Assembly: GCA_964016885.1 (NCBI GenBank)
Contig: OZ024752.1
Span: 37,324,001 to 37,388,000 of the forward strand
Direction: 5' to 3'
Length of the DNA: 64,000 nt
DNA from: Eledone cirrhosa
Taxonomy: Eukaryota
The translations under genes and the position numbers were made by a program. Shown here one piece after another: positions 25,115 to 37,717 of the stretch (the stretch's first letter is position 1; every line of letters begins with the position of its first letter). The notes beneath the pieces were generated by a model that saw only the letters and a list, made by a program, of their open reading frames with translations, ran no database searches and was not told the DNA's origin.

Positions 25115-25724
25115 TGTGTCAGGTCACCAGTTGGTGCTACTAGTAACATGTATCCCAGTACAACCTGTCTCATGGTCGGGTCGTTGGCGACTAAACTGGC
25201 AACCCCACCAAGGTTTCTTGGTGAGGAGGGTGACTTTGGACATCCTGCAGGACTAAAAACAAAACCTGTCAAAAGGCAAAAGGGCTCTTAAGAGTCAATG
25301 GCCATCCAAAATCACCGGGAGAGATTACCCCTTAGCCTTTGTCAAGGCAGAATTCTAGGAGAAGGAAAACTCTGATATAACACCTGCAACCCTGATGGTA
25401 TCCAATGATGTTGACTTGTTCTTCTTTTTGGTAAATATCATCTTGGTTAAGAGAGTGGGACTGGCTTTGTGCAGTGCCTTTGCTCACTATAAAAGCTTCA
25501 CGGCACAGGCCTTGCTTTATATCTGGAGATCTCTCTGCACTTGCCGTCACATGGTACCAAGGGCCCAGCACTATGTGTCAATAATTGTCACAAGTGTAGT
25601 GTTTGTACCAGAGTTTTCAAGTCGCTGGCTGGACTAAAAAGTCCACTCGTTCAGCGCATCGGTAGGGGTTCTCCTACATGGATATAAAGTAGTGGCCGTA
25701 CTCGAAAACGAGTTGGCAGCCACC
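25115..25724. mobile_element. 610-bp non-coding dispersed element, copy 1, with 12-bp TSD
   Basis: ATGTATCTATGT at 25103-25114 and 25725-25736; near-identical copy at 56178-56788. Confidence 0.85.
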
Positions 25725-26187
25725 ATGTATCTATGTATATGTATGTATGTGCATGTATGTACATATGTGTGTATGTGTATGTATAGGTGTATGTATGTAT
25801 GTATGTGTGTATCTACATATGTGTCTATGTATATGTATGTATGTGTGCGTATATGTGTGCATATTTGTATCTAGATATATGTATGTATGAACATATGTGT
25901 ATGTGTGTATGTATGTACATACATATGTATATGTGCGAGTATGTATGTACGTGTGTATCTATGTATATGTATGAATATGTGTGTGTGTATATATGTGTAT
26001 GTAGATATATATGTATGTATGAACATGTGTGTGCATATGTACGTATGTATATATTTGTGTATCTATGTGTGTATCTATGTATGTATCTGTATATGTATGT
26101 ATGTATATGTGTATATATGTGTATGTAGATATATATATGTATGTAGGAACATATGTGCATGTATGTGTGTATGTATGTACGTATGTA

Positions 26188-26264
26188 TTGGGTCGTCAAG
26201 TGTGAAATTTGTAGAAATTTGTTGTTTTTTTCTACAAATCTCTACAAATTTCATACTTGACGAC

Positions 26265-26305
<41 letters not shown>

Positions 26306-26455
26306 GATTATGTATGTGTGTATGTAGATATATATATGTATGTAGGAACATATGTGCATGTATGTGTGCATGTATGTATGTACGTATGTATTGGGTCGTC
26401 AAGTGTGAAATTGTTTTTTTTTCTACAAATCTCTACAAATTTCATACTTGACGAC

Positions 26456-26504
<49 letters not shown>

Positions 26505-26672
26505 GAGTATGTATGTGTGTATGTAGATATATATATATATGTATGTAGGAACATATGTGCATGTATGTGTGTATGTATCTAGTACGTATGTATTGGGTCG
26601 TCAAGTATGAAATTTGTGGAAATTTGGTTATTTTTCTACAAATCTCTACAAATTTCATGCTTGACGACCCCC

Positions 26673-26752
<80 letters not shown>

Positions 26753-26902
26753 GGAGTATGTATGTGTGTATGTAGATATATATATATATATATGTATGTA
26801 GGAACATATGTGCATGTATGTATGTATGTATGTACAAGTATGAAATTTGTAGAAATTTGTTGTTTTTTTCTACAAATCTCTACAAATTTCATACTTGACG
26901 AC

Positions 26903-26906
<4 letters not shown>
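26188..26906. mobile_element. Four tandemly amplified ~80-bp mariner-type MITEs (26188-26268, 26391-26459, 26593-26670, partial 26835-26906)
   Basis: TA-flanked TIR TTGGGTCGTCAAGTATGAAATT; solo copy at 54995-55073. Confidence 0.8.
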
Positions 26907-26944
<38 letters not shown>

Positions 26945-27189
26945 AGTATGTATGTGTGTATGTGCGTATGTATGTATATATATATATATATATATATGAG
27001 TATGTGTGTATGTATGTCAAAATTAAATGATCAAGTAGATATGGTATCAGGTTCAGATAAACAGCATTCATTTTGTTGTGTATATTTTCAGTGTATTTAA
27101 TTTGTGAGTCAATTAATTGATTTAACTGTCCTGGAATCATCTGGAAACTTTTACAAAACAGATATATCACATCTTTAATTGACAATACA

Positions 27190-28247
27190 AATCATCACCA
27201 TCACCATTATCACTGACATCATCATCATCACCATTGAGCTGTCATCATCATCATCATCATCATCATTGAGCTGTCATCATCATTTTTGTCATCATCACCA
27301 CCACTAGTTCTACCACCATCACCACCACCGCCACCACCACCATCACTACTACTACCACCACCATCATTACCACTACTACTACCACCACCATCATCCCCAC
27401 CAATACTACTCTCACCACCACCATCATCACCACCACCATCATCATCACCACTACTACTATCACCACCACCATCACCACTACTACTACTATCACCACCACC
27501 ACCATCACCACCACTACTACTACCAACACCATCAGCACCACTACTACTACCACCACCATCATCACCACCACTACTACTACCACCACCATCATCACCACCA
27601 CTACTACTACCACCACCACCATCATCACCACCACTACTACTACCACCACCATCACCACCACTACTACTACCACCACCATCATCACCACCACTACTACTAC
27701 CACCACCACCACCACCACTACTACTATCACCACCATCATCACCACCACTACTACTTACCATCACCATCACCACCACCACTACTACTATCACCACCACCAC
27801 CACCACTACTACTACCACCACCATCATCACCACCACTACTACTACCACCACCATCATCACCACCACTACTACTACCACCACCACCACCACCACTACTACT
27901 ACCACCACCATCATCACCACCACTACTACTACCACCACCATCATCACCACCACTACTACTACCACCACCATCATCACCACCACTACTACTACCACCACCA
28001 CCATCACCACCACTACTATCACCACCACCATCCTCAACATGATCAACATCAACATCATCATCTTTGTCATCATCACCACCACCACCATCAACATCACCAC
28101 TATCATCCTCACCATCATCGTCATCACCATTATCATCATCATCACCACCCCACCACCACCATCATCATCACCCCCCACCCAATCACCACCACTATCATCA
28201 CCTCCCACCACCACTCCTATAACCACCATCACCACCATCATCATCAT
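27190..28247. repeat. (CAC/CAT/TAC)n low complexity
   Basis: Composition. Confidence 0.95.
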
Positions 28248-28424
28248 TAAAATAATAATAAATAGTGTAGAGAATATGAAATAGATTCATCAAAATCTTG
28301 ACAGTCCTTAAATACACAAACCAGGTCACATGACTTAATGTTTTACAGAACAACATTGTTGCTGTTGTTCTGATATTATTATTGGCACTCACTGGCCTTG
28401 TGCCTAAAGTAGAAACAACTATTA

Positions 28425-29398
28425 TTGGCACTCACTGCCCTCTACCAAGCGGGCAATGCGATCAGTGGAACTTCCACTCTCGAGTTCTATAGAGGATTAG
28501 TGGTGGGCAAGTGCGATGACGCACTCGGAGAAGCTTTGGGCCTCGACGAAGTCGAACTGACCAGTCTGTACCGGAGGACTTTTGAGCCGGGGACGATGGA
28601 GAATTTCCAGAAATCCCTCGCTTGGCAGTGTTACCGGGGGGCACTGCCAGTTCGGGATAAACTCTACAGGCACGGAAGTGCTGTCAGATGGACCTGCCCA
28701 AGATGCGCACAGAACGACGAAACCGTTTTGCACGCACTTGTCCAATGTCCGTGCATTACTGACTTGTGGAGTTATGTCGAACAGCTACTGTCACGTGTGG
28801 AACGAATCCGGTTATCGGCCGAGTCCATAGTGAAGATCGAGCCGCTACCTTCCTTAGGTCAGGAAGAGCAGGAAATTTTCCTCTGTCTGGTGGCAGTTGC
28901 GAAAGAGATTATATGGTGGACCAGGTTGAAAGGACTATAGACAGACACTTTTCTCTTCGGCCAATCCCTCATCAACTTCTTCAAGTTTCACCTGGAAAGG
29001 AGGGTGAGGGTGGAGAGAGAAGTGCTGCCCCTAGTACATTTGCTAAAAGGTGGGTGAATGTGGCGAGAATGGCTCGTGTGAATGGGCCTACTCTGACCAT
29101 GCGCCTATAGGCTGGCTAACTTGAGGAGAGGGGTGCTCTCCTGGGTGCCCTAGAAGAGCAGGGTGGTTCTGGATTAGGGGGTTTCCTGAAGCACCCCAGG
29201 GTCGTACACCCCCTATCGGGGAATTTATTTTGTTATATTTATGCATAGTTTATTTTATATTTTCATTGTTAAATTAGTCTTGCCATTGTATACTTTTACT
29301 CGACCTTATTGTAAATCCCCACTGTCCCTGTCTTTGTATTGTCCCCTACATGTCGGCCCTTGTGGCTAATAAATGAAATCATTATTATTATCATTATT
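28425..29398 (+). mobile_element. L1/Tx1-clade LINE 3' end (ORF2 C-terminal zinc-binding region, disrupted)
   Basis: LAWQCYRGALPVRDKL...CPRC...ETVLHALVQC zinc-knuckle motif; premature stop at 28940; AATAAA then (ATT)n tail. Confidence 0.85.
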
Positions 29399-29559
29399 AC
29401 AGTTTACTAATAAATTACAAATGAAAAATTTGAACTTGAGATAAAATTTAAATATTTACAAGAATTTTACAAATTTTACCATTTTTCATGCTATGTTAAT
29501 TAGCAATTAATTTTGTAAACAAATCTTTTTCAAACAGTATTTTAATTGTTATTAACCCT

Positions 29560-30180
29560 TATGAAACCATTCCTGGTTCTACTGTCTGAAACTACATCTA
29601 GTTCTATGGAACCAAACTGTCTGAAACCATTCCTGGTTCTATGGTACCAAACTGTCTGATATTACTCCTGGTTCTATGGTATCAAACTGTCTAAAGCTAC
29701 ATCTGGTTCTATGGTACCAAACTGTCTAAAACTACATCTGGTTCTATGGTACCAAACTGTCTAAAACTACATCTGGTTCTATGGTACCAAACTACCTGAA
29801 ACTATTCCTGGTTCTATGGTATCAAATTATCTGAAACTATTCCTGGTTCTATGGTACCAAACTATCTGAAACTATTCTTGGTTCTATGGTACCAAACTAC
29901 CTGAAACCATCCCTGGTTCTATGGTACCAAACTACCTGAAACTATTCCTGGTTCTATGGTATCAAACTATCTGAAACTATTCCTGGTTCTATGGTACCAA
30001 ACTACCTGAAACTATTCCTGGTTCTATGGTACCAAACAACCTGAAACTATTCCTGGTTCTATGGTACCAAGCTACCTGAAACTATTCCTGGTTCTATGGT
30101 ACCAAACAACCTGAAACTATTCCTGGTTCTATTGTACCAAGCTACCTGAAACTATTCCTGGTTCTATGGTACAAAACTGT
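29560..30180. repeat. 35-bp minisatellite, about 17 copies
   Basis: Unit actattcctggttctatggtaccaaactacctgaa. Confidence 0.95.
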
Positions 30181-31311
30181 TTTAAGTTGTCGTTATTAAA
30201 AAAATTTCATATTTATACCCCAAACCTAGTGAAGGCATGTGGTTTAGTGGTTAGAGAATTGGATTCATAATCTTGAGGTTGTCAGTTCCTGGACCAGGTT
30301 ATACATTATCTCCTTGATATATTACTACTTCTTTGTACTGGCTTTCAGAAGTACTTACCAATCAATTATTTCATGTGTGTGTGAGTGTGTATGTGTGTGT
30401 GTGTGTGTGTGTGCACGTATGTATGTATATGTGTGTGTATGTGTACGTGTATGCGTATTTGTGTGTATGTGTGCGTGTGTGTGCGTGTGTGTGCATGTGT
30501 GCATGTGTGTATGTGTGTATGACATCTACATAGTTTCCGTCTACTAAATGAAGTTTCAGTAAAAAAAAATATTTGCTGGTATCGAACCTGGAACTTTTGT
30601 GTTTAGAGAGGAAACTTCTTAACCACACAGCCAAGCTTTCACCTTGTAATGATTGTATTAAGAATGTTAATATTGCATTTCCAAGGAGGTTAGTTTGAAG
30701 TATGATAATTATTAAATGTTCTCTTCTTTCTGGAGTATTGCTAATGAGCTGTGTTGTCTTTTGTAAATCTTCAGCAAGACTGAACAAATGAAATTTGAAT
30801 CAATCATTTGAAAGGATTTAAAATAATAATTTAAGAGTTTGAATTTGGTGATTTTTAAAAACATTTTTTTTACAGAAATTTTCTGTAGTATCTCTTCATT
30901 ATTTTATGCTAAATCTATCCTTCAGTAGTTTTTTCTCCTTCTCCTCAAACCAAAACAAAAATAAAAATCCCAGAGCATCACAGAGGTAATCTTGCATGAT
31001 TTTTAAGAACAGAATAGTCAGAAATACAATGTTCAACTCATCAAAATGTAAAATGTACAGAACAAAAAACTGAACAGTGAATTACTCTTTCATTTGTCAT
31101 ATTCAAACTGCATGGCAAACTACATGTAAAGCTACATGTAAAGCTACATGGCTAGTGAGGAATGAAAGAAGATGGATTGCTTCAGTGACTCACAGGTTAA
31201 TATATCAATTCTGTAATCTTGGAAATATGAATAGAACTGGAATAGAACCAGTGATATTTTAATAGTGAGAGTTTGAAGATTGGAAGAATTTTTGAGAACT
31301 GAAATCCCTGT

Positions 31312-32108
31312 AGACTGTGCTACATGTGTCAGTTTTCAGGGTTTACAGGCTCTGTTACATGTGTTAATGTTCAGGGTAGACAGACTCTGCTACATGTGTT
31401 AATGTTCAGGGTTTACAGCTCTGCTACATGTGTTAATGTTCAAGGTAGACAGACTCTGCTACATGTGTTAATATTCAGGATAGGCAGAGTCTGCTATATG
31501 TGTCAATGTTTAGGGTTTACAGATTCTGCTGACATGTGTTAATGTTCAAGGTTTATAGGCTCTGCTACATGTGTCAATGTTCAGGGTTTACAGACTCTGC
31601 TACACGTGTCAATGTTCAGGATAGACAGATTGTGCTATGTGTGTCAATTTTCAGGGTAGACAGACTCTGCTACATGTGTTATTGTTCAGCATAGACAGAG
31701 TCTTCTACATGTGTCAATTTTCAGGGTAGACATACTCTGCTACATGTGTCAATGTTCGGGGTTTACAGATTGTGCTACATGTGTCGATTTTCAGTGTTTA
31801 CAGGCTCTGCTACATGTGTCAATGTTCGGGGTTTACAGATTGTGCTACATGTGTCGATTTTCAGTGTTTACAGGCTCTGCTACATGTGTCAATGTTCGGG
31901 GTTTACAGATTGTGGTACGTGTGTCAATTTTCAGGGTTTACAGGCCCTGCTACATGTGTCAATGTTCGGGGTTTACAGATTGTGGTACGTGTGTCAATTT
32001 TCAGGGTTTACAGGCTCTGCTACATGTGTCAATGTTCGGGGTTTACAGATTGTGGTACGTGTGTCAATTTTCAGGGTTTACAGGCTCTGCTACATGTGCC
32101 AATGTTCA
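31312..32108. repeat. 35-bp minisatellite with a 70-bp dimeric higher-order repeat in the distal half
   Basis: aatgttcggg recurs at 31751, 31821, 31891, 31961 and 32031. Confidence 0.95.
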
Positions 32109-32504
32109 TTGCAGCAAGCTATTATATTTTTTTAAAATTTGAGCTACATGTTACCCTACTTTAACATCATAATTTGTAAAGTCAAGAAATACAGTAAATA
32201 TTATATCAATTTATCAACTTAAATAGAGAGGTCGGCTTATATATGTCTATATATGATAATCAATTATATTTTTCTTCATTATATTAAGTATAATGACACT
32301 AACGACTATATAAGATGTAGACAGACAATGCAACAGTAAAACATGGAACTTCAATGCCATTTGTTATCTCTTAACTTATATGTTGGAGTCCATCTTTTAT
32401 ATATAAATGTCATCAATATTAAATACCATAAATTGATCTTTACTTCTCTTTTTTTGTTTCTTTGTTTCATAAACAGGAAAAGCATTAACTTCATTATTTT
32501 TCAC

Positions 32505-33303
32505 ATCACCACCACCATTACCAATGTCACCAATACCATCACCACCACCACCACCACCAATACCATCACCTCCACCACCAATATCATCACCACCAATAAC
32601 AAAACCACCAATACCTTCACCTCCACCACCACCAATACCAATACCACCACCACCTCTCCACCACCACCACCAATATCATCACCACCAATACCAATACCAC
32701 CATCACCACCTCCACCAATACCATCACCACCACCACCTCTCCACCACCACCACCACCAATACCATCACCTCCACCACCACCAATATCATCACCACCACCA
32801 CCAATACCACCACCTCTCCACCACCAATACCATCACCACCACCACCACCAATATCATCACCACCAATACCAAAACCACCAATACCACCTCCACCACCACC
32901 AATACCATCACCACCACCAATACCACCACCACCACCACCACCAATATCATCACCACCACCACCAATACCACCACCTCTCCACCACCAATACCATCATCAC
33001 CACCAATACCAAAACCACCAATACCACCTCCACCACCACCAATACCATCACCACCACCACCTCTCCACCACCACCACCACCAATATCATCCCCATCACCA
33101 CCAATACCACCACCTCTCCACCACCACCACCAATACCATCACCACCAATACCACCACCTCTCCACCACCACCATCAATACCATCACCACCACCACCAATA
33201 CCACCACCACCACCAATACCACCACCACCACCTCTACCACCACCACCAATACCACCACCACCACCACCAATACCACCACCACCACCAATACCACCACCGC
33301 CAC
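32505..33303. repeat. (CAC)n-based low complexity
   Basis: Composition. Confidence 0.95.
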
Positions 33304-33593
33304 TAAAAGTTTTTTTGTTGATGTTGTTTTAAGTGTTTAAATATTCAAGCAATTATGAAAATTCTTTGATCTGGTGTGAAACTGATAAGAATCAATGTTC
33401 TGTCATTCTAGAATGTAAATACCAGGTTTCATTTTGACTTTTTGAAGTGTCGTTGAAATTTTTCACTTGAGATTATCTATACATAAACATATGTAATGTG
33501 CAAGTGCATATATATATATATGAAGTATTTCCGTAGAAAAGTTAAAGGAAGGAAGAATGCTCTATGTATAGTACAGAGCTATTTAATTATGTA

Positions 33594-33740
33594 ATAAACA
33601 ATACAATATAATTATTCCATTTACCAAAGGTTTCGCGAAGACAGGTGAGCTTTCTGATGAACGACTTCGGACACCTCTGTTGAGGTCGCCTGTCTTCGTG
33701 AAACCTTTGGTAAATGGAATAATTGTATTGTGTTGTTTAT
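33594..33740 (+). ncRNA. Fold-back insertion containing an HHR motif (core 33654-33712)
   Basis: CTGATGA-acga...tcgt-GAAACC-ttt-GGTA; arms 33594-33646 and 33687-33740; stem I weak. Confidence 0.6.
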
Positions 33741-33742
33741 AT

Positions 33743-34712
33743 TCATCATCATCATCATCATCGTTTAACGTCCATGTTCCACGCTTGCATGGGTTTGGAC
33801 GGGAGTTTTCCCACTTGAGGCAAGAGTGGTTTTCTTGCTCGCATAGGACTGTCTGGCGGGTTTTCTACAGTTGGATGCCCTTCCTAACACCAACCATATT
33901 TACAGTGTGGGGCTGGGAGGTTTTTACCGTGTTGCCTACACGGCCACATTACAGCGTGGACTGTCTGGCGGGTTTTCTACAGCTGGATGCCCTTCCTAAC
34001 ACCAACCACATTTACAGTGTGGGACTGGGAGGTTTTTACCGTGTTACCTACACGGCCACATTACAGCGTGGACTGTGTGTTTTTTTTGTCATGACACCTA
34101 CACGATCTCATATGTTTCGGCCTGGATGTTGTGGCACCAACATAACTTTACATTGAAAGGGGCGGTGTGGATGGGGTGGGGGTGGTGGGACGGGGGTGTA
34201 TTTTGTTAGAGATGCCTGCTGACTGTAGTAGGTTTTACTTTGTATTTAGGTAAGGCGGGTCTTCTCTATTACTGAGTACCGCCAAAGGTCTCGGTCCAGT
34301 GACATTGTCTTGGAGAGGTGTAAGTGTGTGAGGTCGGAATTTATCAGCTCGTCCCAGGTTTTTCTGGGTCTGCCTACTCCGTGACTACCATCTATCTTTA
34401 TTGCCCTGCACTTTGCTATACAGCTGTCGTCTTTCATGCGCATCACGTGACCATACCAACGTAGCCTTCTCTCGAGTAAACAACATCTGATCCCTCTTAT
34501 TTCTAATTTTTTCCTTAGTTCGTTTATGCTTTGCCGTTCACGTATATTACTATTACACATCCAGCGGAGCATGCAAGCTTCGTTCCTCTCTAGTCTGCGT
34601 ATATCCTCTGCACACAATGCCCAGGTCTCACCTCCATGCAACATTGCTGTTCGTATGCAGGCATCATACAACCTGCCTTTCATTTTTAGAGAGAACCCTT
34701 TATTACATAATT
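33743..34712 (-). mobile_element. 5'-truncated RTE LINE with a duplicated 3'UTR segment
   Basis: ORF 34246-34683 KGRLYDACIRTAMLHGGETW...RRLRWYGHVMR...GRPRKTW; (CAT)n tail. Confidence 0.92.
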
Positions 34713-34724
34713 AAATATATATAT

Positions 34725-34902
34725 ATTAGAAAATAGAATAGCTTTCACCGTATTTTTGACTAAAGAAATTTTAGTCTGATAATGGGGTTTCGAACCCTCA
34801 GATAAATGGAAAAAGATGAGTATTGATGTAGATTATCAGACCCCATTATCAGACTAAAATTTCTTTAGTCAAAAATACGGTGAAAGCTATTCTATTTTCT
34901 AA
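34725..34902. repeat. Inverted repeat (~63-bp arms) next to (TA)n
   Basis: attagaaaatagaatagctttcaccg...ctgataatggggt versus accccattatcag...tattttctaat. Confidence 0.85.
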
Positions 34903-35690
34903 TTTCAAACCTGCTCAGTTTCAAAACATATTTAAATATATATATATATATATCTGATGGTAGCTAAGATGCTTCCATAGGTGGTATGCCGGTTGAGCAC
35001 TCTATGCTCTTACAGAGCAGAGTATGATAGAATAGAAAATGAAAAATCAGTGATAAATTGAGTTCAGATGAATCACTGATTTTTTTGTTTTCTATTCTAT
35101 ATATATATATATTATGGATGTGTGTAATATATATATGTGTGTGTGTAATATATATATATATATATATGTGTGTGTATATGTGTAATATATATTACATATA
35201 TACACTTTTTAAGACTCAAAGTAATTTCTAAGTCCTTCCCATTTCTTTAGACTCAAAATAATTTACAAGCCTTTCACATTTCTTTCAGCTCAAAATAATT
35301 CATATGTCCTTCACATTTCTCTTGACTTAAATGAAATACATAAATGAAATATAGAACACTGAGAGCAAAATCTGATCTCAACTCAAATGAGTGTGGTTTA
35401 TAAATTAACTCAAAGTAGGATATAAATAGTATTTAATCTCAATGTTTTCGGAGGATATTTTTCTGTTAATTACCTGGCTCTCTTTTAATTAAACCCTAAT
35501 TTAATCAAGTGTAATATTGATTTCTAATTTAGGCTCCTAGTCAGCAAACTTGGAAGAAGGGCAAATTAGATTAAATCAATCACAATACTGTATTGACTGG
35601 TTCTTTATTTTATCAACCCTGGAAGGATGAAAGACAAGTTGTCATGGAGTCCCTGCAAGGCTGACTCTTGTTTTAGAATAGAAAATAGCC

Positions 35691-35860
35691 TTAACCCTTT
35701 AGAATTTTCTCACCTCTTTCTGTTCAAACTGGCCATAACTGATGTTAAAGTATTGTTCTCAAAATAAATTCGATATTATGTGAGATAATCATGTGAAATA
35801 AAGTATTTACTGTGAAAATACAATAGTATATATAGAGTAATGTAAATGCTAAAGGGCTAG
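35691..35860 (+). mobile_element. Degenerate piggyBac-type MITE
   Basis: TTAACCCTTTAG...gtaaatgctaaaggg. Confidence 0.7.
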
Positions 35861-36006
35861 GACATATATTTTTGTTGTTGTTATTGCTGGAGAGATGTCA
35901 TGTGGTCCCTACAATGCTAACCCTTGCTTTAGAAAGGAAAATGTCCTTAAGACATATTTTTGTTGTTGTTGTTGTTGTTGGAGAGATGTCATGTGGTCCC
36001 TACAAG

Positions 36007-36298
36007 CAGGGACCTCGTTTGCCTTAAAAATGTGAGGGGGGACAAACCAACATTTGTTGATTCTTAAAGGAGCATAAATTGCTTATGGTTCCTTTCCCGG
36101 ACCCTAATCACATAAGTGAAATTTTACACTAATTAATTTTATATATTCAAATGAAGTTCAGATATAAAAATATAAGCTTGAAAAGAATTTATTATATCAA
36201 ATAAACAAAAAATAAAATATAGACGTTTGAAAGAGTGGGAGGACTTGTCCTCTGGTACACCCCCCCCCCCCCCCCCCCCCCCTGAAACAAGGCCCTTG
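36007..36298. mobile_element. hAT-type MITE with 8-bp TSD
   Basis: TSD CCTACAAG at 35999-36006 and 36299-36306; imperfect TIR cagggacctcgttt/aaacaaggcccttg. Confidence 0.8.
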
Positions 36299-36504
36299 CC
36301 TACAAGGCTAACCCTTGTTTTAGAAAGGAAAATGTTCTTAAAAGATATTTTTGTTGTTGTTGTTGGAGAGATGTCATGTGGTCCCTACAAGGCTAACCCT
36401 TGTTTTAGAAAGGAAAATGGCCATAAGACATATTTTTGTTGTTGTTAGAGAGATGTCATGTGGTCTCTACAAGGCTAACCCTTGTTTTAGAAAGGAAAAT
36501 GTCC

Positions 36505-36732
36505 TTAACCCTTTAGCATTCAAACCGGCCGTACCCGGCCAGAATTCTCTCATCTCTTTCTGTTCAAGCCAGCCCTAACTAGCTGCTCATACAGATGTTA
36601 AAGTATTGTTCTCAAAATAAATAATATGAAAATCTCATTGATTCAATATTATGTGAGATATTATGTAAGATAAAGCCTTTACTGCGAAAATACAATAGTA
36701 AATATAGAGTAATGTAAATGCTAAAGGGTTAA
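36505..36732 (+). mobile_element. piggyBac-type MITE
   Basis: TTAA-CCCTTTAGCATT...AATGCTAAAGGG-TTAA; the empty site gtccTTAAgacata is visible in the neighbouring repeat unit at about 35943-35956. Confidence 0.9.
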
Positions 36733-37159
36733 GACATATATTTTTGTTGTTGTTGTTGTTGGAGAGATGTCATGTGGTCCCTACAAGGCTAACCCTTGTT
36801 TTAGAAAGGAAAATGTCCTCAAGACATATTTTTGTTGTTGTTATTGTTGTAGTTGGAGAGATAAAAACTTGTGGGGTAAACAGTTTGTTTACTTTTCCTA
36901 GAAATGCTAAAATTGTATATTTATTGAAATGGTATACCTTCCATTATCTTTCAACTTATTTAGAAGTATTGTGTAGTAGATTATTAATTATTTAGTAGAT
37001 CAATTATCAATTATGAGATATGATTAATGTATAAACAAATGATACTGAGATAATTAGATATTAATGTTACTTATGAGTCGGACATTTGCTTCTGCTTCAG
37101 TCTCTTGTAAAAGTGATTAATTCAATTTTAATTATCTCTCTGAATAAGGAACATCCTCA

Positions 37160-37590
37160 TGAGGTAGGGGTGGGAGATAGAGGAGAGGGGATAGGGAAGG
37201 GGAAGGTAAGGGGAGAGAGGGAGAAGAGGAAAAGAGAGAAAGGGGGAAGAGAAGGACAGAGAAGGGGAGAGAGAAAGGGGGACAAAGTGAGAGAGAGGGG
37301 AAAGAGGGGAGAGGGGAAAGAGGGAAAAAGCGAAAGAGAGGGGGAGAGATAGTTAGAGAGGAGAGATAGAGAGTGAGAGAGAAAAAAGAAGAGAGGAGAG
37401 AGAAAAAAGAAGAGAGGAGAGAGAAGAGAGAGGAGTGAGAGAGAGGAGGTGAGAGAGAGATGAGTGGGGGAGAGAGAGGTGTGAGAGAGAAGGAAGGGCA
37501 GAGGAAAAGAGAGAGGGGGGTGAGAGAGAGGGAGAGAGAGAGGGGGAGAGAGAAAGGGAGAGAGAGGGGAGAGAGAGAGGGGGTAGGGTA
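37160..37590. repeat. GA-rich low complexity
   Basis: Composition. Confidence 0.9.
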
Positions 37591-37717
37591 AAGATTGGCT
37601 TTAGTAATTTATTCTAAGGACAGTAGCATAGACAAAACATAGTTTAAAATGAATACAGCCTACTCTACGAAAGTATTGATAATGTATTGGACATTGACAT
37701 ACACAATATATTCTTAA

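Larger units (their letters stand above)
35640..36860. repeat. ~90-bp tandem repeat interrupted by DNA-transposon MITEs
   Basis: Unit gacatattttt(gtt)n ggagagatgtcatgtggtccctacaaggctaacccttgttttagaaaggaaaatgtccttaa. Confidence 0.85.

Noticed and set aside
25640-25724. HDV-like ribozyme on the minus strand
   Set aside because: P1-like and P2-like pairings can be drawn but there is no room for P3/L3
32343-33332. Pro/Thr-rich 329-aa ORF
   Set aside because: (CAC)n low-complexity translation
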